64,000 nucleotides of DNA from Candidatus Hadarchaeota archaeon. GTDB taxonomy: Archaea > Hadarchaeota > Hadarchaeia > Hadarchaeales > JAGGTB01. Location of the stretch: positions 256,001 to 320,000 of the forward strand of contig CAYLJV010000001.1 of assembly GCA_964384105.1 (NCBI GenBank), in the 5' to 3' direction. The position numbers and the translations under genes are program-made. The notes below the pieces were generated by a model. The model was not told the origin of the DNA and did not search any database. It was given only the letters and a program-made list of their open reading frames with translations. This document shows positions 20,887 through 30,389 of this stretch, in pieces (within the stretch, counting starts at the first letter, position 1; the number at the start of each line of letters is the position of its first letter).

Positions 20887-21651
20887 ATGAGAACTGAAGT
20901 TATTTATTCGCTCTGGCTTAGGGATATGAAACAGTATATTCGAGCTAAAACTCGAATTGTGACTTCTCTTACGATGCCTTTGCTATGGATGGGGATAATT
21001 GGAATAGGATTGAACTCGGCTTTTCCGAGTTTGCCAGGCACTAGCTTTGATTATCTTACATTTATGGCGCCCGGGATCGTTGGAATGACCATAATGTTCA
21101 CCGGCACGTTCTCTGGCATTTCAGTTTTATGGGACAAGCAGTTTGGTTTTATGAAAGAGATTCTCGTTGCTCCCGTTTCTAGGCTTCATGTAATGATGGG
21201 GAAAGTGCTAGGGGGAGCAACAACGGCTATAGTTCAGGGGGTTCTGATTATAGTTATCGCTCGGTTTTTCGGAGTTCCTCTACCAGGTTTTATTGGTTTT
21301 GGACTGGTTTTGATCTTTATGATACTCATCTCCTTTGCTTTTGTGAGCATTGGGCTTATTTTCGCGACTCAAATGGAGGATCCTCAGACCTTTCCGATGG
21401 CGATGAACTTTTTCATAATGCCGATGTTTTTTCTCTCGGGGGCACTCTATCCATTGAGTACTGCACCTACCTGGCTTAGGACAGTTGCTTATTTGAATCC
21501 ACTTGCCTATGGGGTGGATGGTTTGAGGGGTGCCATATTGAGTAATTATAGCACTTATTTTTCACTCTCAGTAGACATGTTAGTTTTAGTAGCATTTACC
21601 GTTGCAGCCATATTAATAGGAATCCGATTTTTTAGCCGGATGGAAGCTTAG
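20887..21651 (+). CDS. ABC-2 type permease
   Basis: GFMKEILVAPVSR, FFLSGALYP, NPLAYGVD. Confidence 0.93.
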   Translation: MRTEVIYSLWLRDMKQYIRAKTRIVTSLTMPLLWMGIIGIGLNSAFPSLPGTSFDYLTFMAPGIVGMTIMFTGTFSGISVLWDKQFGFMKEILVAPVSRLHVMMGKVLGGATTAIVQGVLIIVIARFFGVPLPGFIGFGLVLIFMILISFAFVSIGLIFATQMEDPQTFPMAMNFFIMPMFFLSGALYPLSTAPTWLRTVAYLNPLAYGVDGLRGAILSNYSTYFSLSVDMLVLVAFTVAAILIGIRFFSRMEA

Positions 21652-21803
21652 ATTAGCAATAAGTTGCTGAAATTTTACTAGAAACCAGAATTATCCAATT
21701 CTTTGGTAAATCTTAGTTTGATAATCTGATTATTGGTAAGAAACTTTAGAGGAACCTTGACAAAAAATAAAGTATATCATAGTCATAGTTGGAGTGGATC
21801 TTT

Positions 21804-22601
21804 ATGAGTCGTAAGATCAGCAAATTTTGCTATAAATGTGGAGCTCTGGAAGAGCAAAAAGGCCCTTTGATCGAGGGTCTATGTCCGGATTGTTTTCTAG
21901 AAGATAACCCTATTTACAAAGTTCCAGAAAATCTAGATCTTATTATCTGCCCGTCTTGTTCTGCTTATCAGATGGACGGTGTTTGGAAAGATGTTGAGAA
22001 AGATCCTGTCTCCGAGTATATCGAAGCTGCGAAAGAACTCGTTTTGTCGAGGCTTAGAGTGCTTCAGAAAGATTCACTAGGATTGAGATACGTTGACTTA
22101 GACGAGTCTGAAAGTGTTGATGTAAGTTTGGAGGCTGAGTATTCCCCTCAGGATACCATAACCGTGAGTTTGGAGCTTTATGCGAGATTTTCGGAGTCCC
22201 AGGAAGAACCATTTGTGGACCGAGAGGAAGTTTTAGTCAATATTGTGAAGAAAACCTGTGATGTATGCCAAAAGCAAGCTTCTGGCTACTACGAAGCTAT
22301 TTTACAAATAAGGGGTGAAAAGGAGCTTTCAGATGAACAGATGTCTGAGATTTTTAAGAAGCTCGAGGTGGAAGTCTTTGAAAAGCAGAACTGGAGTAGA
22401 GACGAGTTCGTATCAAAAATAAAAAGAAAACACGGAGGTATGGATTTCTACGCGAGTTCTACAGAACTTGCAAGAGAACTGGCGAGATACTTGAAAAAGG
22501 AATATGACGCTGAGACAAGTGAATCTGCTGAGTTGATTGGTCAGACGAGTGATGGTCGAGAAAAATATAGAGTTACGGTTGTTGCGCGTTTGCCTTTTTA
22601 A
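21804..22601 (+). CDS. NMD3 family ribosome biogenesis protein
   Basis: Four CxxC pairs; GYYEAILQIRG. Confidence 0.9.
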   Translation: MSRKISKFCYKCGALEEQKGPLIEGLCPDCFLEDNPIYKVPENLDLIICPSCSAYQMDGVWKDVEKDPVSEYIEAAKELVLSRLRVLQKDSLGLRYVDLDESESVDVSLEAEYSPQDTITVSLELYARFSESQEEPFVDREEVLVNIVKKTCDVCQKQASGYYEAILQIRGEKELSDEQMSEIFKKLEVEVFEKQNWSRDEFVSKIKRKHGGMDFYASSTELARELARYLKKEYDAETSESAELIGQTSDGREKYRVTVVARLPF

Positions 22602-22615
22602 CCGGTGGTTCTATT

Positions 22616-24586
22616 CTAGAAACCCAAAGGGTTTAAGTGTGCAAATGCAGTTCCGGCAATTATCGCAATTGCAATTGTGGAGGCACTTATAACTATAGCT
22701 TCCTTCCACCCTAACTCCCTCTTTAGAACTCCAATAGTTGCAATACAGGGGACGTAGATTGCTACTACTAAAGCGAACACGAATAATTGTAGGGGAGTCA
22801 TGAAGTTACCAATACTGGATGTTCCAGAAACTGCTATTAGCAGAACTAATGCGCCTTCTTTTCTTATTACCCCATAGAGAAGTGGGATAATTACGACTGC
22901 GGGTAATCCGAGTGCTCCGGTTGTAAGTGGAGAGAGTGGCTGGATTATAGAATCCATAATTCCAGAAACTTCGAGTATCCCTATGGAGAAACTACCAATG
23001 AGAAGTAGTGGAGTAGCGATGTAGATGAATTCTTTCATTCGGTTCCATGTTTTTGAGAGAACAGGTTTTGGTACCGGCTTTCGCAATGGTGACATTTCCA
23101 TTATCATACCGGTACTCTCTCCTGATAGGAATCTGTTTAGAATTAGACCCACTAGGAATATCAAACCGAGTATTACTCCATAGATTACCAGAGCGGGGTA
23201 TATTCCCGCGAAGACACCGACTGTTCCTAATATAACAGCTGTCCTGGCCGAGCAGGGAACCATCGTGATCAAAAATGATGAGATTAGGCGTTGTCTTCGT
23301 GTGGTTAAACTCCTTGTGGCCATTATGGCGGGAACGTTGCATCCGAATCCTCCCAGCATGGGCACTACTGCTCTTCCATGTAGTCCTATTCTATGCATTA
23401 AAGAGTCCATAACATAGGCCATTCGGGATAGATACCCTGAATCCTCTAATACGGCAAGCGCTAGGAAGAAAATTGTTATGTATGGAAACATTACGAGGAG
23501 TATTCCCTTTATACCAAGGTTCAGACCAATATCCAAGACTTCGATTACAGAGGGATTCGAGGAAATGTTCTGAAAAAGAGTAATTAGTTGAGGTTGAGCG
23601 TAGCTGTCCCACCCACTTTCTAAAATTCCTTCAATAAATCCTCCCCCATAAAAAAGTAGCATCAGCAACCCAAGAAAGACTGTTATAAGGATCGGGATTC
23701 CAGTTTTCATTTCTGTAGTCCATTTACTGATTTTCTCGGACCAAGATGGCTCGACTTTAACGTAACTAGAAGATTCTTCCGCGATCAGGCTGGCTATACC
23801 GTGTCTTTCTCTGGCTATTCTAAATGCAGCAGCTTCTCCATGATCTTCTTTTATTTTTTGGGCCAGTTTCTGCGCTTTTCCTAGTATTTTTTCAGCTTTT
23901 TTTTCTTTTTTTAGGAAATTTATGAGCTCCTCGTCTCCCTCTAGTAGTTTGATTGATAGAGTTCTTGGAGCGAGGTTATATGGAATCGAATCTATGTTTT
24001 CTTGAATTGAATCTGAAAGAGATTTTATTATTTTTTCTAGGTCATTACCAAATCTTATTTCACTTTTCGGTCTCGCCTTTTTCTTAGCTAAGTTTATCGC
24101 TTCTGCAAAGACTTTAGATACGTTTTTACCTTGGGTCGAGACGGTGGGTATTACGGGAATCCCTAAATTTTCCGATAATTTTTCGGGATCTATTTTTATT
24201 CCTTCGTTAAGTGCTACATCGTATTGGTTTAATGCGATCACTACGGGTATATCCAATTCAAGTAACTGGAGGGTCAAATATAGGTTTCTTTCAAGATTAG
24301 TCGCATTTACTATGTTTATAATCGCGTCTACTTTTCCCCCTATAATGACTCTTCTAGCAACTTTTTCATCTTCCGCTACGGCCCCGACCGAATATACCCC
24401 CGGTAAGTCTATTACTTTGACAGAGTGGTTCTCATACTTGGTTACTCCTTCTGCTATTTCCACGGTGGTTCCAGGATAGTTAGAGATGTTAACTCCTATT
24501 CCCGTAACCTGGTGAAAGAATGCGCTTTTACCAACGTTCGGATTACCCGCCAGACCGATAGCGATATCGATGTTTCCTTTTTCCAT
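22616..24586 (-). CDS. feoB: Ferrous iron transporter FeoB
   Basis: GNPNVGKS, NYPGTTVE, DLPG, GFGCNVP, PCSAR. Confidence 0.97.
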   Translation of the reverse strand: MEKGNIDIAIGLAGNPNVGKSAFFHQVTGIGVNISNYPGTTVEIAEGVTKYENHSVKVIDLPGVYSVGAVAEDEKVARRVIIGGKVDAIINIVNATNLERNLYLTLQLLELDIPVVIALNQYDVALNEGIKIDPEKLSENLGIPVIPTVSTQGKNVSKVFAEAINLAKKKARPKSEIRFGNDLEKIIKSLSDSIQENIDSIPYNLAPRTLSIKLLEGDEELINFLKKEKKAEKILGKAQKLAQKIKEDHGEAAAFRIARERHGIASLIAEESSSYVKVEPSWSEKISKWTTEMKTGIPILITVFLGLLMLLFYGGGFIEGILESGWDSYAQPQLITLFQNISSNPSVIEVLDIGLNLGIKGILLVMFPYITIFFLALAVLEDSGYLSRMAYVMDSLMHRIGLHGRAVVPMLGGFGCNVPAIMATRSLTTRRQRLISSFLITMVPCSARTAVILGTVGVFAGIYPALVIYGVILGLIFLVGLILNRFLSGESTGMIMEMSPLRKPVPKPVLSKTWNRMKEFIYIATPLLLIGSFSIGILEVSGIMDSIIQPLSPLTTGALGLPAVVIIPLLYGVIRKEGALVLLIAVSGTSSIGNFMTPLQLFVFALVVAIYVPCIATIGVLKRELGWKEAIVISASTIAIAIIAGTAFAHLNPLGF

Positions 24587-25235
24587 ATTTTTCAACCATG
24601 ATTTTTGAGGCGATTCCCCGGCTTAGGGCGAGTTTGTCTCCCCCCCTCTTAATCATCAATGCACTAAAAGAGGGATTATCAACTAGCTCTATTTCTGTAC
24701 CCGGTAGTATCCCTAGTGGGAGTAGTCTTTGGATATCTTCTTTTTCCTCGGGGATTGTTCGAACTTTGTATTTTTCCCCTTCTTCCCCTTCTGTCAGCTT
24801 TATTAGTTCTCCTCTATCCTCCTCTTCTGGTGTAGGTATTGGCTGTCCGTGAGGGCAGGTTCGTGGATTTTCTAAGACTCGCGATATTTCGTTTGCGGTT
24901 TCGTCTGTTATTGAATGTTCTAGTTTGCAGGCTTCTTCATGGATTGAAGGGAGGTCTCTACCTAATACGTCGCATAAAAGTCGCTCTGCTAAACGGTGCC
25001 TCCGAGTTACTCTCATTCCAGTCTCCTCACCTTTTTTTGTTAAGCTTGCGCCGGTGTAGCTCTTGTAATCTACGAGGTTCTTCCTGTCTAACTTCTTCAA
25101 CATGCCCACTACGCTGGGTTCTTTTATTTTTAGGTCCTTTGCGAGTTTGCCAACTCTTACTCTTTCTTTTCCCCCGCTTAGCCGATACAAGGATTCTAAA
25201 TATTCTTCTTCAGATTCAGAGAGATTTTTCGACAT
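24543..25235 (-). CDS. DtxR/MntR family metal-dependent regulator with C-terminal FeoA domain
   Basis: EEYLESLY, RRHRLAERLL, EACKLEH, CPHGQPIP; FeoA-like LGILPGTEI. Confidence 0.95.
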   Translation of the reverse strand: MSKNLSESEEEYLESLYRLSGGKERVRVGKLAKDLKIKEPSVVGMLKKLDRKNLVDYKSYTGASLTKKGEETGMRVTRRHRLAERLLCDVLGRDLPSIHEEACKLEHSITDETANEISRVLENPRTCPHGQPIPTPEEEDRGELIKLTEGEEGEKYKVRTIPEEKEDIQRLLPLGILPGTEIELVDNPSFSALMIKRGGDKLALSRGIASKIMVEKYGKRKHRYRYRSGG

Positions 25236-25279
25236 TTAGGTACTCCTAATTTCCTATTAAACATTTTAGGCTTACCTAA
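25236..25279. promoter_or_regulatory. Two DtxR-type operator boxes TTAGG-N4-CCTAA
   Basis: TTAGGTACTCCTAA at 25236-25249 and TTAGGCTTACCTAA at 25266-25279, directly upstream of the dtxR-feoB operon. Confidence 0.85.
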
Positions 25280-25310
25280 TTAAATACTTTCCTTTGGATT
25301 TTAAAAAATT

Positions 25311-25388
25311 TGGAGCCGGGGACCGGATTTGAACCGGTGTAAGCGGATCTGCAGTCCGCCGCCTCAAACCAGGCTCGGCCACCCCGGC
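25311..25388 (-). tRNA. tRNA-Cys(GCA), CCA encoded
   Basis: Reverse complement has acceptor GCCGGGG/CCCCGGC, anticodon arm GCGGA-CTGCAGA-TCCGC, U73 and a CCA end. Confidence 0.97.
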
Positions 25389-25412
25389 TTGTCAGATCAG
25401 TTTAACAATTTC

Positions 25413-25425
25413 ATAACGCTGTTAT
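25413..25425. promoter_or_regulatory. ATAAC-N3-GTTAT palindrome, copy 1 (upstream of tRNA-Cys)
   Basis: ATAACGCTGTTAT, 25 bp upstream of the tRNA 5' end. Confidence 0.7.
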
Positions 25426-25530
25426 ATAGTTGGTGGTTATTAATAATTATTGATACTTTTTGAAATTTTTATCTGGTTTTGTTGAGTTTATTAGAGAAAA
25501 ACTTTTAAATAAAATGTGAGTATTATTTGT

Positions 25531-25543
25531 ATAACAGCGTTAT
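25531..25543. promoter_or_regulatory. ATAAC-N3-GTTAT palindrome, copy 2 (upstream of yeeE-tusA)
   Basis: (T)ATAACAGCGTTAT(A), about 20 bp downstream of BRE/TATA GAAAAACTTTTAAAT. Confidence 0.75.
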
Positions 25544-25687
25544 ATGAGGGCGACCAAGATGAAGAATAATCTAGGGGATCGTTTTTGTTGATGGCTACGG
25601 CATAATTCTTGTAGAGGATCCTCTCAATCTTTTTCTGGATACTTTTCTCAATTCTAAATTTACACATAATGAATGGGGTGTGCTTAA

Positions 25688-26655
25688 ATGGAAGCAATAT
25701 TGACAGGAATGTTTCTAGGCGTAATTTTTGGCTATGTATGCCAAAGAGGCCGGTTCTGCATGAATTCCGGATTTAGGGATATTTGATGACAAGGGATTTC
25801 AGGATTTTCAAAGCCTTTGTTCTGGCCGTTCTGTTTCAGCTTATTGTTGTAAATGCTCTAGCTGGTTTGGGGATTTTCCCAATTAGACAACTTCCTTTTT
25901 TGTGGGTAGGGAATATAGTTGGGGGATTGATTTTTGGTGTAGGAATGGTACTTGCAGCCGGCTGTGCTAGTGGAACGTGGTATCGTATGGGTGAAGGAAT
26001 GATGGGTAGTTTTGTTGCGGCTTTAGGATATATTTTAGCTGCTTTTTCGGCTAGAGGAGGGGCTTTATCTCCAATAGTACGGTCAGTTCATCAGTTTGGA
26101 ATTGATACTCCAGGATTACACACTTTGTTAGGGATAAATAAGTGGGTGATAATCGTAGTATTTGTGGTGGTTGCAGGATTCTGGCTTTTTAGAAATTTTG
26201 AGATCACATCGGGTGAGGGATGGAATTGGATAAAGACAGGTTTTGGAATCGGGATAGTCGGAGTTCTTGCTTGGTGGCTTAGCACTAGAACAGGTAGGAT
26301 TTACGGTTTAGGAATAACAGCTCCGTCGGCTTCTATAGGTGAATGGTTTACTACGAGTAACACTGCGTTGGTTAACTGGGGAACTTTTTTTGTAATCGCT
26401 ATACCTATTGGGGCTATGGTGGCTTCGTTCTTACATGGCGAATTTAAATTGCGGACCCCTCCTGCAAAAAGGGTACCTGTTCAGTTTGTTGGGGGATTGG
26501 CATTGGGTCTAGGTGCTACTCTCGCAGTTGGGTGCAATATTGGTGGAAGTGTAGCGGGGATACCCGTGTTAGCCGCCGGTAATATACTCGCAACAGTTTT
26601 CTTTATTTTGGGAAACTGGATGGCAGCTTATTTGCTATTTATGAGGAGGTGGTAA
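25688..26655 (+). CDS. YeeE/YedE (TsuA-like) thiosulfate/sulfur transporter, interrupted by a -1 frameshift near 25783
   Basis: 25688-25786 encodes MEAILTG...QRGRFCMNSGFRDI*; the other frame from 25783 has the GCASG and GCNIG conserved Cys motifs. Confidence 0.9.
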
Positions 26656-26656
26656 A

Positions 26657-26896
26657 TTGACTAAGATAGATAGAGAAATAGATCTCAGAGGTGAAGTATG
26701 TCCCTATACTTTTGTTAAATCGAAACTGGCACTTGAAGAAATGGAAGTGGGCGAAGTTTTGAAAGTAATGATAGATTATCCAATGGCAGCAGAAAATATT
26801 CCTAGAAGTATGGAAAATGAAGGACAAGAAGTAGTGAATGTAGAAAAGGTCGGAAATTCTGAATGGGAGATAATATTGAAGAAGAAAAAAGATTAA
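26657..26896 (+). CDS. tusA: TusA/YeeD (SirA-like) sulfur carrier
   Basis: IDLRGEVCPYT motif. Confidence 0.95.
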   Translation: MTKIDREIDLRGEVCPYTFVKSKLALEEMEVGEVLKVMIDYPMAAENIPRSMENEGQEVVNVEKVGNSEWEIILKKKKD

Positions 26897-26935
26897 TTTT
26901 TACTTATATTATTTTTGATTTCTTTGAGATATTTA

Positions 26936-27952
26936 CTACCTAGTTTGAGATTTAATGTCTTTTACTATCCCGATAAACTCAGTGAAAATACTGTTCATCA
27001 TTTCTTTAAATTCCTCTCTATCTGTTGCGATTTTTTCTAGGCCCTCATCAAATTCTTTTATCATTCCTATATCTAGCCAATTTTCTCTTTTGTTTGCAAA
27101 TCCATTTCCAGTGATAATTGGTTTTGCCGTTTCCATTGCTTTTTGTGCTTGTGATTCATCTCTGAATTTTAGTGGAAGATAAACAGTCATTTTTTTTACT
27201 GATCCGCTCTCGTCTTGGTCTAAGTATAGTCTTAGGGCTTTCCCTCTGTAGTAACCATGGAAGTGATCTGTTCCCTTGTCAAAATTCATTTCTTTTAGTG
27301 GTTCCACGAGATGGCTAGGTAGATTATCCATTATACATCCACAGAGGGCATCAGTTACATTGGGCTCGGATAATTGTTCTACTAGTTTAGTGAAAATATC
27401 GTATGGCATTCCCATAGCTAGTTCGTCGTCTTTGAATCCTCCAATGGAGCGGGCCCCTCCACAGAGTAAAGTCAGATTTGGTTTATCTTCCATGTATGGA
27501 ATAGCGGTTGCTTCACCGGCTATAGCAGACCCCTCGCTAGTGCAGCTTGATTCAATTCTTTCCTTTGACATTTGGTGATAGACCTGAAAGACTTTCATCA
27601 TTGTTTCGGGATCAGAAATTATTACGACTACATCAGGTGTTCCTTTTTCAAGTTCTAATGGTCTTACTGTTACAGCTTTTGTTTTTGAAGGTTTTATCCG
27701 AGGATATATTTCTGTATACTTTGGATCGGCAAATCCTAAGATGATTGTTGCAGTAAAATTGCTGAGATTTTTTTCCTTTAAAGTAAATGATTCTCTTAGT
27801 TTTGCCGCATTTCTTACGAAGTAACAGAAACGGTTTGAAGTATCTGGTGATGGACTATTGGTGTCTTGGATGTGAACGGTAATTGCCACAGGGCTCAACG
27901 GCATTTTAAAGAATTTTCTGAAACTATTTGAGAGCTCTTCATTATTTTCCAT
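26936..27952 (-). CDS. DUF169 family protein with an extra C-terminal domain
   Basis: SPVAI, RFC, PDVVVI, NLTLLCGGARS...DELAMGMP typical of DUF169; about 140 extra residues starting LCGCIMD. Confidence 0.75.
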   Translation of the reverse strand: MENNEELSNSFRKFFKMPLSPVAITVHIQDTNSPSPDTSNRFCYFVRNAAKLRESFTLKEKNLSNFTATIILGFADPKYTEIYPRIKPSKTKAVTVRPLELEKGTPDVVVIISDPETMMKVFQVYHQMSKERIESSCTSEGSAIAGEATAIPYMEDKPNLTLLCGGARSIGGFKDDELAMGMPYDIFTKLVEQLSEPNVTDALCGCIMDNLPSHLVEPLKEMNFDKGTDHFHGYYRGKALRLYLDQDESGSVKKMTVYLPLKFRDESQAQKAMETAKPIITGNGFANKRENWLDIGMIKEFDEGLEKIATDREEFKEMMNSIFTEFIGIVKDIKSQTR

Positions 27953-27953
27953 C

Positions 27954-29150
27954 CTAATTACTCACCGGAATCTCATATTTTTCAGCAATTTCGTAAAAAG
28001 TATCTATCACATATTCAAGTTCATCTCTAGAAAGTCCATAGGTGTTAATCTTTATCATTTTTGTAACGCCAGGTTGTATACCGCTTATTTTTTTCTCTTT
28101 CAACTCGTCATACAAGAAAAATCCTCTTCTCTTATGTTCCTTCGAAATTTGGTGGAATGAAGGTGTTTCTAGTGACATAAGTGTATGTTTTCTTGGTCTT
28201 TGTCCGATTTGCCGAAAATCTCTGATTTTTTCTATCTGTTTAACAAACCATCGAGCATTTTCTATGTGTTTGTCCCATTCTTGAACACGTTTGTAGACAT
28301 GAGGGAAACTAGCCATTAAGGTAGCTATTGGGGCTCCAAATACAGGAGGGCAACCAAATAGACTGGGTATTTTCTTTGTGAAACCTCTTCCCGACCACGA
28401 TCCTCTGATTTTTGAGCCACTAAATGCTTCATCTGAGTACTCATAGCTTGTCATTAGCATTCCAATGGGACCTGAAGCTGCCCACGATTTGTGTCCACTA
28501 AACGTTATAAAATCGGCATTCCACTTTTTCCCGTCAATAGGCATTATTCCGCCGGTATAGGCTGCATTTACGATAAAGGGTATATCATATTCTCTAGCTA
28601 TCGAGCCAATTTTTTCCGGTTCGATGAGGTTTCCATACCTGTAGTCTACGTGAGTAAGAAATAGTGCAGCGGGCTTCTCATTTTTTTCTTCTATTGTCTC
28701 TTCTATTCTTTCTCTATAAGCCTCCGTCTCGAGTTCGAAATCAGGATATCCGTTGTGGGGTACTTCCTTGACTTCAAGCCCGAGATTTTCTGCTGCGAGA
28801 TAAGTTGTGTAATGTGCTAGAGAGTCAATTACGATAGTGTCACCCTCTTCAGCTACAGCTTTTAGAGCGATCCACTGTGCGTGTCTACATCCGGCTGTAA
28901 ACTCCGCATCATCCATGTTAACAAATCTCGCTAAATCATTTGAAAAGTCCGAAATGGGTGGTTTATCTACTAGGTCCACTCTCCCTTCTAAACAGAAGTC
29001 ACATGTACTGTATCCATCTCCAAAGGATTGTAGCGTTTCTTTTGATTCTGGAGGGAGCATTCCACCTCGTTGAATAGGATTTAGATTGATCCAATCCTCA
29101 TCGATTCTTCTTTTGATATTTTTGTATTTGTCTAAGTCTATACTTTCCAT
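27954..29150 (-). CDS. pscS: O-phospho-L-seryl-tRNA:Cys-tRNA synthase (SepCysS)
   Basis: INLNPIQRGG, GDGYSTCDFC, AHYTT, SGHKS (PLP lysine), distal GC cysteine. Confidence 0.95.
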   Translation of the reverse strand: MESIDLDKYKNIKRRIDEDWINLNPIQRGGMLPPESKETLQSFGDGYSTCDFCLEGRVDLVDKPPISDFSNDLARFVNMDDAEFTAGCRHAQWIALKAVAEEGDTIVIDSLAHYTTYLAAENLGLEVKEVPHNGYPDFELETEAYRERIEETIEEKNEKPAALFLTHVDYRYGNLIEPEKIGSIAREYDIPFIVNAAYTGGIMPIDGKKWNADFITFSGHKSWAASGPIGMLMTSYEYSDEAFSGSKIRGSWSGRGFTKKIPSLFGCPPVFGAPIATLMASFPHVYKRVQEWDKHIENARWFVKQIEKIRDFRQIGQRPRKHTLMSLETPSFHQISKEHKRRGFFLYDELKEKKISGIQPGVTKMIKINTYGLSRDELEYVIDTFYEIAEKYEIPVSN

Positions 29151-29177
29151 TTTTTCACCCGTTTAATACAGCTTGAT

Positions 29178-29190
29178 ATAACAGCCTTAT
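29178..29190. promoter_or_regulatory. ATAAC-N3-GTTAT palindrome, copy 3 (one mismatch; pscS / Ubl-E1 divergent region)
   Basis: (T)ATAACAGCCTTAT(A), adjacent to a minus-strand TATA-like TTTAATAA. Confidence 0.65.
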
Positions 29191-29260
29191 ATTTATTAAA
29201 GACTTTGGCCTATACATAGTTGTTAAGAGATTTGGTTAATAATATTTTAAGAGGGAGATA

Positions 29261-30367
29261 ATGGTCGAGGTTATCGTGGATTTTCCCAACAAGAATGGGG
29301 CTGGAAGAAAAAAGGTAAATGTTATTTTTGAAGGGGATACTCTATCTGACCTTTTTGAAAAAATCACAGAAGGATACGGAAGATTGGTTGAGGGATTGTT
29401 TGATTTTGATCGGAAGATTCCCTTGGACCATGTAAACATTTTTATAAATAACGAGATGGCGGAGAAAAAAGAATTTGCCAGTAGTGAGGTTAGCTCTGGC
29501 TCTGAGGTCAAAATATTGCCATTAATAGCAGGAGGGTCAAAGAATAGTAAGCTTTTTGGATTTGATGAGGATCAAATCAAGAGATATAGTCGGCAGATAG
29601 TTCTTCCTGAGGTTGGTGGAAAAGGTCAGAGGAAACTTTTGGACTCAAATGTTTTGATAGTGGGAGCAGGTGGATTAGGTTCACCGGCTGCGATATATTT
29701 GGCTGCTGCGGGTGTAGGACGTATAGGAATAGTGGATGACGATGTTGTAGAGTTAAGCAATCTTCAAAGACAGATATTATATGGAACGGAAGACTTGAAA
29801 GATAGAAAAGTAAAAGTTGCAGAGAAGAGAATTCACGATATCAACCCTGAAGTTGAGGTAGTGACATATGATAAGTGTTTAACTCCCGAAAATGTCTTTG
29901 ATATCTTTGGAGAAAATTGGGATATCATTTTAGATGGTACTGATAATTTTCCTGCGAAGTTTTTGATAAATGATGCGTGCGTGATGGAAGGTATTCCTTT
30001 TTCTCATGGAGCTATTCTAAGATTTACAGGTATGGTGACTACAATACTGCCTAAGGACGGTCCTTGTTACAGATGTTTCACTCCAACGGCTCCTCCTCCT
30101 GGTTTGGTGCCTAGTTGTCAGGAAGCAGGAGTTCTGGGTGTAATGCCGGGAATAATAGGGTCTATTCAGTCAGCTGAGGTTCTAAAATACATTTTGGGTG
30201 TGGGAGGTCTTTTAAAAGGAAGGATTGTCTTTTTGGACGCTCAAGAAATGGAGTTTGAAGAATTTAAGCATAGTAGGAGGGATGAATGCCCTATATGTGG
30301 CAAAGAACCGAAAATTACTGATCTTGATCAAGTTGATTATGGGGATGTGTGTCAGGTTCGGTTTTGA
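29261..30367 (+). CDS. MoaD/ThiS ubiquitin-like domain fused to a MoeB/ThiF/UbaA E1-like adenylyltransferase
   Basis: Beta-grasp N-terminal domain ending ILPLIAGG, then RYSRQ, GAGGLG, SNLQRQ, CYRC, PSC and CPIC. Confidence 0.92.
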   Translation: MVEVIVDFPNKNGAGRKKVNVIFEGDTLSDLFEKITEGYGRLVEGLFDFDRKIPLDHVNIFINNEMAEKKEFASSEVSSGSEVKILPLIAGGSKNSKLFGFDEDQIKRYSRQIVLPEVGGKGQRKLLDSNVLIVGAGGLGSPAAIYLAAAGVGRIGIVDDDVVELSNLQRQILYGTEDLKDRKVKVAEKRIHDINPEVEVVTYDKCLTPENVFDIFGENWDIILDGTDNFPAKFLINDACVMEGIPFSHGAILRFTGMVTTILPKDGPCYRCFTPTAPPPGLVPSCQEAGVLGVMPGIIGSIQSAEVLKYILGVGGLLKGRIVFLDAQEMEFEEFKHSRRDECPICGKEPKITDLDQVDYGDVCQVRF

Positions 30368-30389
30368 AATAAAAATTTTGAGGTAAAAA

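Noticed and set aside
25784-25789. TGA TGA in yeeE as selenocysteine read-through
   Set aside because: Homology continues in a different frame, so read-through would not restore the protein
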